NCBI GenBank assembly: GCA_964579675.1
Contig: CAZOIA010000038.1
Location: 1 to 35,109, forward strand
Direction of reading: 5' to 3'
Length of the DNA stretch: 35,109 bases
Source of the DNA: an uncultured Planctomycetales bacterium
GTDB taxonomy: Bacteria; Planctomycetota; Phycisphaerae; UBA1845; PWPN01
Positions 17,876 through 26,355 of the stretch are shown piece by piece. Both the position numbers and the translations under genes were made by a program. Within the stretch, counting starts at the first letter, position 1, and each line of letters begins with the position of its first letter. A model generated the notes under the pieces. The model saw nothing but the letters and a program-made list of their open reading frames with translations, did no database searches and was not told where the DNA came from.

Positions 17876-18946
17876 TCAGTTCGGGCTGGGGCGGGCCCGG
17901 CCAAGACGGTCGCGGATGAAGTCGGCCCGCACGATGCTACGGTGTTCGCCGTCCAGCTTGCCTCCGTGACGCTTCTGCAGGTGGGCCGACTGGGCCGCCA
18001 TGAACAGTTCGTTGATTGCTTCGAGGTCGATGTGCTTGATGCGGCCCAGGACCACGCCCATTCGCAAGTGCGAAAGGAGGAACAGGGCTTCTTCGCTGCT
18101 GATGGCCCGGGCGTTTTCGAGCAGCCCCAAGGCCCGCCAGACCTTGTCGTCGAGGGCGACGAGCTTGTCCTGCCTGAGTGCGCGGCGAGTCTCCTGCTCA
18201 TACTTGACGACGGAGGGGATCACGTTGTCCTTGAACCCCGAGAGAATGTCTTCCTCGGTTTGCCCGAGGGTCACCTGGTTGGACACCTGGAAGAAGTCGC
18301 CGACGGCGTCGGTCCCTTCGCCGTACAACCCCCGAATCGCCAATCGCATCTCCTTGGCCGCCCGGAAGACCTTTTCGATCTCGCCGGTGACCTTCAGAGC
18401 GGGCAGGTGGAGCATCACCGACACCCGGAGCCCCGTACCCACGTTCGTCGGACAAGCGGTGAGATAACCGTACCGGCGGTGGTAGGCGAAATCGACGACC
18501 GACTCCAGGGCGGTCTCCACTTGGGACATCTCGTTCCATGCCTCGTCGAGGTTCATGCCGCGGCGTAGGACCTGGATGCGCAGGTGGTCTTCCTCGTTGA
18601 TCATCAGGGCGAGCGTTTCCGTGGCTGAGACGGCCACGCCCCGACTGCCTTCGCCTTCGGCGTGCTGGCGGCTGATCAAATGCCTTTCCACGAGGAACTG
18701 CCGGTCCAAGGCGTCACTCTTGTCGATGTCCACGTAAAAGGTGCTCCGCCCAAACTCACTCGTGGAGATCGCCTCGAACAGGGTGCGTTCGATGTCACCG
18801 CGCTCTGCGGGGTCGGCTTTGCTGAGGAAATGGAATGCGGTCAGGTTGCGGGCAAGGCGGATGCGGGACGAGATGACGACATCATTGAGTGGGCCGCCGG
18901 TGGCCAGCCATTCGCCTGAGGAGTGCACGAGGTCGTCGAGGGTCAT
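17876..18946 (-). CDS. mcsB: protein arginine kinase McsB (ATP:guanido phosphotransferase family)
   Basis: The phosphagen-kinase signature CPTNVGTGLR is present. The N-terminus (VVISSRIRLARNLTAFHF) and the ALMINEEDHLRIQ motif are McsB-like. The start ATG overlaps the mcsA stop, giving ATGA. Confidence 0.85.
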   Translation of the reverse strand: MTLDDLVHSSGEWLATGGPLNDVVISSRIRLARNLTAFHFLSKADPAERGDIERTLFEAISTSEFGRSTFYVDIDKSDALDRQFLVERHLISRQHAEGEGSRGVAVSATETLALMINEEDHLRIQVLRRGMNLDEAWNEMSQVETALESVVDFAYHRRYGYLTACPTNVGTGLRVSVMLHLPALKVTGEIEKVFRAAKEMRLAIRGLYGEGTDAVGDFFQVSNQVTLGQTEEDILSGFKDNVIPSVVKYEQETRRALRQDKLVALDDKVWRALGLLENARAISSEEALFLLSHLRMGVVLGRIKHIDLEAINELFMAAQSAHLQKRHGGKLDGEHRSIVRADFIRDRLGRARPSPN

Positions 18947-19428
18947 TGGGATTTCAACTCTCCGAGTTGGTCGCGCAGTTGAGCGGCAAGCTCGTAGTCT
19001 TCCTTTTCGACGGCCTCTCGGAGTTCGCGCTGGAGCCTGAGCCGTTCCTGGTGGACCGGATCGATCCGAACTACCTCACCGGGCGCCTTGCCGGTGTGGT
19101 GGGTGTGTCCGTCCTGGGCCCGCTCGATCACGCTCTCCAGCGCCCGGTCGAACACGTCGTAGTCGTTGGGACAGCCAAGAAGCCCCTGGCTCCGGAACTC
19201 CACGAAGCTCATGCCGCACTGTGGGCACTTGATCTTGGCCAGTTCCTGTACATTGGACTGCGACATCAGGAAAGAATTCAACACGTCGTTGAGGGAGACG
19301 TGCTGCTGGACTGCAACGCCTTCCTGGCTGGCGCACTCCTCACAGAGGTGCCTTTCGCGCTTTTGCCCCTTGACCAGGTCGGTCAAATGGACCGTCGCGG
19401 TGCGCTTCTTGCAATGCTGGCAGAGCAT
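18943..19428 (-). CDS. mcsA: protein arginine kinase activator McsA (zinc fingers plus UVR domain)
   Basis: Cys pairs are CQHCKKR..CEEC and CPQCGMSF..GCPNDYD. A C-terminal UVR-type motif reads EDYELAAQLRDQL. The gene is translationally coupled to mcsB. Confidence 0.75.
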   Translation of the reverse strand: MLCQHCKKRTATVHLTDLVKGQKRERHLCEECASQEGVAVQQHVSLNDVLNSFLMSQSNVQELAKIKCPQCGMSFVEFRSQGLLGCPNDYDVFDRALESVIERAQDGHTHHTGKAPGEVVRIDPVHQERLRLQRELREAVEKEDYELAAQLRDQLGELKSQ

Positions 19429-19631
19429 GTTGTCCTCATCGGTCGGATCGATCCGTCTGATCCAATCCTATCTTAGGCGTTGATCTGTATATCGTCAAGA
19501 AAGGCGGTCCGCTCCAGCCCTCCGGTGGGGGGGCGCCTGCGGCACGACCTCCGGGCAGTCCGCCGCGCACCCCCGAGGCGCAGGCAATCCCCGAGTTGAC
19601 CGCGCCGCGTGCTTGTGGCTACCATGACGCG

Positions 19632-21140
19632 ATGCCCAAGTACCTGCCCACGTTCGCTGAATTCGAGCGGCTGGCCCGGCGGGGGAACACCATTCCCGTC
19701 TACTGTCAGTTGCTGGCGGACAACCTCACGCCGGTGACGGCGTTTGCCGCCATATCCGCCGAGAGCGAGCACGGCTTCCTCCTTGAGAGTGTGGTCGGGG
19801 GCGAGAAGATTGGGCGCTATTCATTTCTGGCCGCCGGCCCACAGATTGTTTTCGAGGCCACCGGCAGCCAGGTGACGCTCAGCAGTTCGGGGGGACAGGT
19901 GCGGGAGGAATCGACGGACCCGCTGGCCAGGCTGGCGAATCTGCTGGCGTCCTACCGGGCCGTCCACTTGCCCGAGCTGCCCCGGTTCGCCGGTGGAGCG
20001 GCGGGGTACGCCGGTTACGACGTCGTCCGCTACTACGAGCCCCTGCCCGCCCCTCCACCCGACGACAGGGGCCTGCCCGACCTGCTGTTCGGCCTGTACG
20101 ACACGATGGTGGTCTTCGATCACGTGTGCAAGACCATTCTGGTCATCAGTCACGCCCACGTGGAGACCGACGGGGTCCGCGGCGGGTACGACAAGGCATG
20201 TGAGCGCGTGGCAGCGACGGTCAGGCAACTGACGCACCCGCAGCGAACGCGCACCGGGCACATCGACCGGCTGGGCGACCCGGCACTGGCATTTACCAGT
20301 AATTTTGAGGCCGACGAGTTCCGGCGGGCGGTCGAGGCGTGCAAGGAGTACATCCGGGCGGGCGACATCTTCCAGGTCGTGCTGTCGCAACGGCTCCGGG
20401 TCGACACGGCGGCGGACCCGTTCGACATTTATCGGGCCCTTCGGGTGGTTAACCCTTCACCGTTCATGATCTACGTGAAAACGCCCCGGGTGATCCTGGT
20501 GGGCGCTTCTCCCGAGATCATGTGTCGGGTTGAGAATGGAATCATCACGAATCGACCGTTGGCCGGCACGCGGCGTCGCGGCCGAACGGATGAGGAGGAC
20601 CAGGCCATGGAGGCGGAACTCCTCGCCGACCCCAAGGAACGGGCTGAACACATCATGCTCGTGGACCTCGGGCGGAACGACGTCGGGCGGGTGGCTGAGC
20701 TGGGCAGCATCAAGTTGAGCGACCTGATGACGATCGAGCGCTACAGCCACGTCATGCACATCAGCAGTACGGTAACCGGCCGGCTGGCTGAGGGCATGAA
20801 TGCGTTCGACGCCCTGCGGGCAACCCTGCCGGTGGGAACGGTGAGCGGAGCCCCCAAGGTAAGAGCCATGCAGATCATCGACGAGTTCGAGCCGACCCGT
20901 CGAGGTCCGTACGCGGGGGCGGTCGGGTACGTTGATTTCGCCGGGAACATGGATACCTGTATCGCCCTGCGAACCATGGTCATCACGCCGGGCGACGTCT
21001 TCGGCAAACAGGCCGCCTACGTGCAGGCCGGCGCCGGCATCGTCGCCGACTCTCAGCCGGAATTGGAATACAAAGAGACGATCAACAAGGCCAAGGGCCT
21101 GCTGCGGGCGATCGAAATCGCCGAGACCGGCTTCGAGTAA
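19632..21140 (+). CDS. trpE: anthranilate synthase component I
   Basis: ATG at 19632 (MPKYLPTFAEFERLARRGNTIPVYCQLLAD) is preferred over the TTG at 19596. The chorismate-binding core reads GDIFQVVLSQR, LVDLGRNDVGRV and GAPKVRAMQIIDEFEPTRRGPYAGAVGY. Confidence 0.9.
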   Translation: MPKYLPTFAEFERLARRGNTIPVYCQLLADNLTPVTAFAAISAESEHGFLLESVVGGEKIGRYSFLAAGPQIVFEATGSQVTLSSSGGQVREESTDPLARLANLLASYRAVHLPELPRFAGGAAGYAGYDVVRYYEPLPAPPPDDRGLPDLLFGLYDTMVVFDHVCKTILVISHAHVETDGVRGGYDKACERVAATVRQLTHPQRTRTGHIDRLGDPALAFTSNFEADEFRRAVEACKEYIRAGDIFQVVLSQRLRVDTAADPFDIYRALRVVNPSPFMIYVKTPRVILVGASPEIMCRVENGIITNRPLAGTRRRGRTDEEDQAMEAELLADPKERAEHIMLVDLGRNDVGRVAELGSIKLSDLMTIERYSHVMHISSTVTGRLAEGMNAFDALRATLPVGTVSGAPKVRAMQIIDEFEPTRRGPYAGAVGYVDFAGNMDTCIALRTMVITPGDVFGKQAAYVQAGAGIVADSQPELEYKETINKAKGLLRAIEIAETGFE

Positions 21141-21187
21141 ACGAGCGCACCACCGGTCCGTGGTTCGCCGGCGGATCAAGGCCCGGC

Positions 21188-21216
21188 GAGCCGGCCCGTC
21201 CTCGGGCCGGGCTTTC
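21188..21216 (+). terminator. putative intrinsic terminator of trpE
   Basis: A hairpin ccggcccg-tcct-cgggccgg sits at 21191-21210 inside a longer gcccggc...gccgggc stem, followed by GCTTTCG. It lies about 50 nt past the trpE stop. Confidence 0.4.
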
Positions 21217-21269
21217 GACTGGCCACGGCCAGGGGTTGGACGCATGGTTCCATGCGAAGCCGCAAGCGG

Positions 21270-21581
21270 TTATGCGGGCGTGATCTCGACGTAGCGATCG
21301 AGGCTCGCCAGCTCGCGGAGCACATCCACGGAGGCGAAGATCCGGTAAACCGCCCCGGGGGTCGTCTTGACTACCCGGACCCGGGGCGCGCGGTCAGCCC
21401 AGGGACGGCCTCCACGCCGATGCGTCCTCACCGGGCGAGACCGGGCCAGCCGCTTGCGCTCAGCCTTCATCGCCTGGTCCCGCTCGAACAGGCGGACCAT
21501 GGTCTTGATCGGGGCCGCCGCCTCGGGCTCGGCCGTCACTTTGACGCTTATCCACTGTCCGGGTTCGATCTCTGCGGTCAT
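21270..21581 (-). CDS. hypothetical small protein (103 aa)
   Basis: ATG at 21581-21579 has a GGAG RBS 6 nt upstream. GC3 is high. The termini look protein-like (MTAEIEPGQWISVKV... and ...AVYRIFASVDVLRELASLDRYVEITPA) and the centre is Arg-rich. The overlapping 237-aa plus-strand ORF is R/P-rich junk. Confidence 0.4.
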   Translation of the reverse strand: MTAEIEPGQWISVKVTAEPEAAAPIKTMVRLFERDQAMKAERKRLARSRPVRTHRRGGRPWADRAPRVRVVKTTPGAVYRIFASVDVLRELASLDRYVEITPA

Positions 21582-21623
21582 CGTCCGCTCCAATTGTCAG
21601 ATCCGACTGGCCCACCGGCCCCA

Positions 21624-21648
21624 CCCTGCAGGGATCTGACCCTGCAGG
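21624..21648. promoter_or_regulatory. twin palindromes CCCTGCAGGG / CCCTGCAGG 16 bp apart, 43-67 nt upstream of the 21581 start codon; candidate operator
   Basis: Seen directly: ccaccctgcagggatctgaccctgcaggttt. Each copy is a perfect 8-10 bp palindrome. Confidence 0.25.
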
Positions 21649-21755
21649 TTTCGCGAAGCCGCTTGAGTATAGGGGAAGGGCCTCCCGAACGCCAGATGCC
21701 CCGCGAACCTGACGCCGCGCCCCGCGTTTCCACACGAACGCCGAGTACAAGAAGA

Positions 21756-21806
21756 GGTCCACCCGCGCCGGGGGGTGCCCTGCGCGAGTGGACCCTGCGT
21801 GACGAC
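21756..21806 (-). terminator. putative intrinsic terminator of the flotillin operon
   Basis: A 13-bp stem (ggtccacccgcgc / gcgcgagtggacc, one mismatch) with a 13-nt loop begins about 22 nt after the flotillin stop. It is followed on the transcribed strand by UCUUCUUGU. Confidence 0.3.
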
Positions 21807-21816
21807 GTTCGTGAGG

Positions 21817-23772
21817 TTACGCCTTCTTGTCCGTCTCGTCCCCGCGATCGGGGTTGGCACCGCGGCCGTCGCCGCCCGACTTGGCCCCGGTGCGGTCCTC
21901 CATCACCTGTGCGACGACCTTCTCGATCGTCGCGGGGTCGATCTCTTTGCCGGTCACCTTCTTGAAGGCGTCGGCCAGGGATGAGCCGAGCCCGGTCAGC
22001 GCCCGGCCCGCGAGCTCCTGCACGTCGCCGGGCAGCGTCTTGCGGAGCCCGTTGACCATCTGGCCGTAACCGGCGGCGTTCATGAATCTCCCGGCCATGT
22101 TCGACAGCGTGGTCGGATCGCCGAAGATCTGCATGTCCGCCTGGCTGAGCATGTCCCCGATCGCGGCAGCAAACGCCTTCTGCACCTCGGCGTTGGCCTG
22201 GATCTCCAGCTTCTGGACCTCGAACTTAAGGGCCGCCTCGCTGAACGTCTGCTTGTTCTCCAGCTCCTGCCGCTCGACGTCCACCCGGGCCTGTTCCACT
22301 GCCACCCTCTCGCGATCGACGTTGATGTCCACCATCTTGACTGCCTCGTCGCCTTCGGCGCGGAGCTTGTTGGCCTCGGCATCGGCTTCGGCGAGCACCA
22401 TCCTGGCTTCCTTTTGCTTCTCGGCCGCCTCGCGCTCGCCCTCGGCAGTCTTGACTTGAGTATAGGCAGCGACGTCGGCCTCGGTCTGCTCGCGGTACTT
22501 GGCGATGTCAACCTGCTGCTTTTCCTCGATCATCTTCTTCTCGGCCAGACGGTCGGCGGTGGCGGTGACGGCCACCGTTTCGATGCGCTGGGCCTCGGTC
22601 TCGCGTTCGGCCTCGGCGGCCTTGGCCTTGGCCTCGGCCTCGGCCCGGGCCGCTTCCTTATTGGCCACGGCGATTTCGGCCTCGCGCTTGGCCACGTCCA
22701 CCGCCTGTTGCCGGGCGACCTCCGCCTCCTGGATCGCCTGATCGCGGCCCACTGCCTGCGTCTTCACCGCCCGTTCGCGCTGGACGTCGGTCACCTGGAT
22801 CGACTGGTTCTTGGAGATGTCCGCATTCTTGACCTCCCGCTCCTTCGCGACTGCCGCCAGCTCCACTTCCTTGCGCTGCTGGATCTCGTATTCCTGCTTC
22901 TCGCGGAGTTTGGCCGCCTGAATGTTGGCGATTTCGGTGGCCTGGGTGGCCTCGGCCTCGGCCTGGTCACGCTCCAGTTCAAGCACCTCCTTGCGAGTCT
23001 GAACGTCCTTGTCCTTGACCTCCCGCTGGGCGTCACGGTCGATCCGGTTGCGATCGACGCGCTGCGTCTGGGTGATCTCGGTGATCTTGCGCAGGCCCTG
23101 GGCGTCGAAGACGTTCTGCTCGTTGAGGCTCTCAGGCGGGGTCTGGTCGAGCTGACTGATGGTCACCGTCTCGAGCTTCAGCCCGTTCTGCTGCAGATCG
23201 CCGCTCAGGCTCTCGAGCACCGAGGCCGCGAACTCGTCCCGCTTCTGGTGCAACTCGAGAAGATCCTTGGTGGCGGCCACACTTCGCAGGGCGCTGACCA
23301 GCTTCTCGTACACCAATTCGGACACGGCCCGGGCGTTCACGCTCTTTTCACCGAGCGACCGGGCGGCCTGCAGAATGTCCGGCTTGTTGGCATCGACGCG
23401 GAGATAGAACTCACTGGCGATGTCCGCGCGGAGGTTGTCGTGCGTGATCAGGGCGTCCGGACCGGCACGCTTGACGTCGAGCCGCATCGTCTCCAGGCTC
23501 ACGTCCAGCAGCTTGTGCACGATCGGGATCACCAGCGCTCCACCGTCGAGAATCACCTTTGCCGCCCCGAGACCGGTTCGCACGTAGGCCTCGCTCGCCT
23601 TCGGCTTGCGGTACAGCCGGGCAAACACCATCGCGATCGTGCTGATCACCAGGACGATCGCCCCCAGCACCATCATGACGTACCCGGCGTTGGCGGGGAT
23701 GTACTCTCCCCCCACCAGGGGGGCAATCAGCAGCACCAACCCTATCACAACGATTGTTCCGAAGGCCTGCAT
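21817..23772 (-). CDS. flotillin-family (SPFH/Band-7) protein, YqiK/FloT-like
   Basis: ATG at 23772 has a GGAGG RBS 9 nt upstream. There is an N-terminal TM hairpin, an SPFH domain (VRTGLGAAKVILDGGALVIPIVHKL...), and a very long E/A/K/Q-rich coiled coil (AEAERETEAQRIE...). The C-terminal tail is flotillin-like. Confidence 0.85.
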   Translation of the reverse strand: MQAFGTIVVIGLVLLIAPLVGGEYIPANAGYVMMVLGAIVLVISTIAMVFARLYRKPKASEAYVRTGLGAAKVILDGGALVIPIVHKLLDVSLETMRLDVKRAGPDALITHDNLRADIASEFYLRVDANKPDILQAARSLGEKSVNARAVSELVYEKLVSALRSVAATKDLLELHQKRDEFAASVLESLSGDLQQNGLKLETVTISQLDQTPPESLNEQNVFDAQGLRKITEITQTQRVDRNRIDRDAQREVKDKDVQTRKEVLELERDQAEAEATQATEIANIQAAKLREKQEYEIQQRKEVELAAVAKEREVKNADISKNQSIQVTDVQRERAVKTQAVGRDQAIQEAEVARQQAVDVAKREAEIAVANKEAARAEAEAKAKAAEAERETEAQRIETVAVTATADRLAEKKMIEEKQQVDIAKYREQTEADVAAYTQVKTAEGEREAAEKQKEARMVLAEADAEANKLRAEGDEAVKMVDINVDRERVAVEQARVDVERQELENKQTFSEAALKFEVQKLEIQANAEVQKAFAAAIGDMLSQADMQIFGDPTTLSNMAGRFMNAAGYGQMVNGLRKTLPGDVQELAGRALTGLGSSLADAFKKVTGKEIDPATIEKVVAQVMEDRTGAKSGGDGRGANPDRGDETDKKA

Positions 23773-23835
23773 GTCGTTATCCTCCTTCCAGGCAAATGCT
23801 TCCCACGAATCGACTTCGATCCATTTCTGACTCGA

Positions 23836-24657
23836 TCACTTTGCCCGACCAACAATGTACATGTTGCGTTTCTTAATGTACTTGACCAGAACCACTTTCT
23901 CACCCTTCCCGATGGGCTTTACGCCCTCCCGCACGCAGCACTTGGCCATGTGCAACGTCCCGAACCTGTCATACACGCTCACGCGGCCAATCCGCTCGTT
24001 CACGGGCAGCACGGTGATGCCGACCAGTCCGACCAATTGCTTGAAGCCGAGGGCGGTCGTCGAAAAGGACGGTACGTAACGCGCCATCAGCGAGCTCACG
24101 AAGCGAAGCACCACGAACCCGCCTACCAGCGCGATCAGCAGGCTGATCGGGAAGAGCGCCGCCGGCGATCCGAATCGCGACGCGATGACCTCATTGCTGA
24201 GCCAGCCGACGATGCCCACCGTGTAGCACAACACCATCAGCGCAATCGACAGCGGCACCTTGCCCAGCCCGAAGAGCTGAGCCAGCGCGTTGCCGATACT
24301 GAAGGTCTCGACATGCCCGGCGTGGACGTCGGCGTGCGCATCCGCGTCCGCATCCACATCCGCGTCCGCATCCACGTCGGCGTCAACGTCCACGTCCGCG
24401 TCAACATCGACATCCACATCCGCGTCAACATCGACGTCCGCGTCAACATCGACGTCCGCGTCAACATCAACGTCAACATCAGCATCGACGTCCACGTCGG
24501 CGTCGATGCCCGCATCGGCCTCGACATCGGTCTCGCCGCTGAGCCCGATCAACTGCAGCAACGTGAACACCAACCCGACGCCGAAGAACGTGATGAAAAC
24601 CGCGTTGTACCAGGCAAACAGATCCGCAGCTTGAGCCAGTATCTCAACTGAGACCAT
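23836..24657 (-). CDS. NfeD/YqiJ-like membrane protein (flotillin partner) with internal (DV/DA)n acidic repeat
   Basis: ATG at 24657 has an AGGTG RBS. There are two TM segments, an acidic dipeptide repeat, further TM helices, and a C-terminal OB-fold-like beta domain ([47 protein letters not shown]). The stop lies 63 nt upstream of the flotillin gene. Confidence 0.7.
   Translation of the reverse strand: MVSVEILAQAADLFAWYNAVFITFFGVGLVFTLLQLIGLSGETDVEADAGIDADVDVDADVDVDVDADVDVDADVDVDADVDVDVDADVDVDADVDADADVDADADAHADVHAGHVETFSIGNALAQLFGLGKVPLSIALMVLCYTVGIVGWLSNEVIASRFGSPAALFPISLLIALVGGFVVLRFVSSLMARYVPSFSTTALGFKQLVGLVGITVLPVNERIGRVSVYDRFGTLHMAKCCVREGVKPIGKGEKVVLVKYIKKRNMYIVGRAK
24328..24530. repeat. 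coding hexanucleotide-periodic tandem repeat; 18-bp unit cgcgtcaacatcgacgtc in about 4 tandem copies (2 perfect) at 24397-24474
   Basis: Seen directly. It encodes [65 protein letters not shown] in the NfeD-like protein. The unit length is a multiple of 3, so it is in-frame. Confidence 0.8.
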
Positions 24658-24994
24658 CACTGCACCTATGTATGTTTGAGGCAGCTCAGCAAGGGCACCT
24701 CCCGGAGAGGACACCCTACGGGCATCATTCTGAGCGGGACCGGAGCGCCTTGCAATGGCAGGGGACGCCCGGGCTGGGCAGCGGATCGGTCCCGCGCCCC
24801 TGCGAGCGACACCTCAGGTTACTACTTATGTACCACATGGCGGCCCCGGTGGCTATTACAACCGGGGCAAATGTTTATAACCTTCGGGCAGCACAGGGGA
24901 TGGGCAACCCCAGATCCCAGCCGCTCAGCCGCAAGCCGGCCCGTCCCCCACCCGGTCTGTTCATCGTTCATCATTCATCGTTCAGCCTTGAGCC

Positions 24995-26260
24995 CTATTC
25001 CAGACCGATCCGCTCTTGGATCGTGTCACCGCGCCGGGGCGGCTCGAACGGCAGGAAACCGGGAAGCAACGCCGGCACCTCCCCTCGCATCGTCAGCGTC
25101 ACCGTCCCCCTCCAGGATGCCCCGAGTGGCGACGCCAGCGTGATCGATCCGCTCATCAACCTGCGAACCGCCCCCACGTCCACCGCCGATCCCGTCGCGG
25201 CGCACCACTGCTCGATCGGGATGTGAAAGGTGCGGCGCTCGGTCGGAAACGACCGGAACTCGGTCGATCTCACCTGCATGTAGAACGTTCGGCCAATCTG
25301 CTCGATGGTAACGGTGAAGGGTGACTTGGCCTCGGCGATGACGACCACGAACGTACCGACCGCCTGTGGCCAGGGGCGGCAGAGCGTGTTGAGCCTCCGG
25401 ATCTTGTCCGCAACGGGCGTGGCGTCGGCAAGCCTGGAGATCGTCTCTTCATCGGGCTCGAGCCTGGACAGCCGGCACAGGGCTTCGGCCGCCGCTTGCC
25501 TGACCTGTCTGTCTTCATGCCCGCTGAGCTCAACCAGGCGCCGGCTGCCGATCGCTTCGAGGGCCTGGTCCACCCCGGAGCCGTTGGCGTCGTCGCGGGC
25601 CCGGTCGAGGATGGGTCGCAGTTGGGTGACGTTCCCGCAGGCGATCAGCAGAGCGGCCGCCCGGCGAGTGTCGGCTTCGCCGGCAGAGAGCATCTTCACG
25701 AAGCTCGGGAGATTGTCGTCGGTCACCTCGCCCGAGAACTCTCGGGGAAAGCTGTGCTCGTCGCCTCCCTGGCGGAGGTGTGCCACTGCACGCTTGAGGA
25801 TGGTCTGATGAACCAGTTGTTCGCTGGTGGTTGCCGCCGACTCGCTTATCGCCCGCACAGCCCGGTACACGCCCGCCCCCACCAGCACCAGGGCGACCAC
25901 CACGAGGATGAGGCGAACCGGAATCATGGACCAGATCGGCACCTTGCCGGGCGATGCCTGAGTTCGGCGTCGATGCACCACCCCCGTCACCTGGTTCGCC
26001 CCGCACGCCGGACACCGCACCGAGCCCTCCGCCAGCGGGGCATCACAGATGATGCAATGCTTGAGCTCCTGCTTCTCCTCTGGCGGCACGACGCCGATCC
26101 ACGAGTCTTCACCGAGGTCGGTTTGCCTCCATGTGAACTTCGGGCGTGCCTGGCCGATCCTGAAGCTCTGGCGGCACTTCGTGCAGACGGCGGTCTTGCC
26201 CATCCCCTCGGTCATCGTGCGGTACGTCCGCCCGCAGTGTGGACACGCGACCCGGATCAC
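24995..26260 (-). CDS. MJ0042-type zinc-ribbon protein with TM segment and HEAT/PBS-lyase-like repeats
   Basis: A GGGAGG RBS lies 5 nt before the GTG at 26260. The N-terminal double zinc ribbon reads CPHCG...CTKC and CIICD...CPAC. A TM helix reads IWSMIPVRLILVVVALVLVGAGVY. Alpha-helical HEAT-like repeats follow (DTRRAAALLIAC..., DRQVRQAAAEALCRL). Confidence 0.65.
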   Translation of the reverse strand: MIRVACPHCGRTYRTMTEGMGKTAVCTKCRQSFRIGQARPKFTWRQTDLGEDSWIGVVPPEEKQELKHCIICDAPLAEGSVRCPACGANQVTGVVHRRRTQASPGKVPIWSMIPVRLILVVVALVLVGAGVYRAVRAISESAATTSEQLVHQTILKRAVAHLRQGGDEHSFPREFSGEVTDDNLPSFVKMLSAGEADTRRAAALLIACGNVTQLRPILDRARDDANGSGVDQALEAIGSRRLVELSGHEDRQVRQAAAEALCRLSRLEPDEETISRLADATPVADKIRRLNTLCRPWPQAVGTFVVVIAEAKSPFTVTIEQIGRTFYMQVRSTEFRSFPTERRTFHIPIEQWCAATGSAVDVGAVRRLMSGSITLASPLGASWRGTVTLTMRGEVPALLPGFLPFEPPRRGDTIQERIGLE

Positions 26261-26355
26261 GGGCACCTCCCTTGGCCGTGGTTGGACGGGAATATCATAC
26301 CAGCTTGCGTGGGGCCTTGCCTCGCTGGAAGTCTTCCCCCGCGGGGTGTGCGATT

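Noticed and set aside
17942-18568. Plus-strand ORFs of 208 and 155 aa, and 18889..19476 (195 aa)
   Set aside because: They are antisense to mcsB (CPTNVGTGLR signature) and mcsA (zinc fingers plus UVR).
19440-19631. Possible trp leader/attenuator upstream of trpE
   Set aside because: No tandem Trp codons and no alternative terminator/antiterminator pairing are evident. It was treated as an ordinary divergent promoter region.
19821-21245. Minus-strand ORFs 19821..20390 and 20457..21245
   Set aside because: They are antisense to trpE.
21252-21965. 237-aa plus-strand ORF
   Set aside because: It has extremely R/P/S-rich low-complexity translation. It overlaps the flotillin 3' end and the terminator hairpin. 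The minus-strand 103-aa ORF has an RBS and a better-looking protein.
24328-24530. Regularly spaced short repeats considered as a CRISPR array
   Set aside because: The period is 6/18 nt with no spacers and no cas genes. The repeats are in-frame coding sequence for a DV dipeptide repeat.
22414-24651. 745-aa plus-strand ORF
   Set aside because: It is antisense across both the flotillin and NfeD genes and is kept open by the GC-rich coiled-coil codons and the hexanucleotide repeat. The translation is a G/L/D/V/H repeat.
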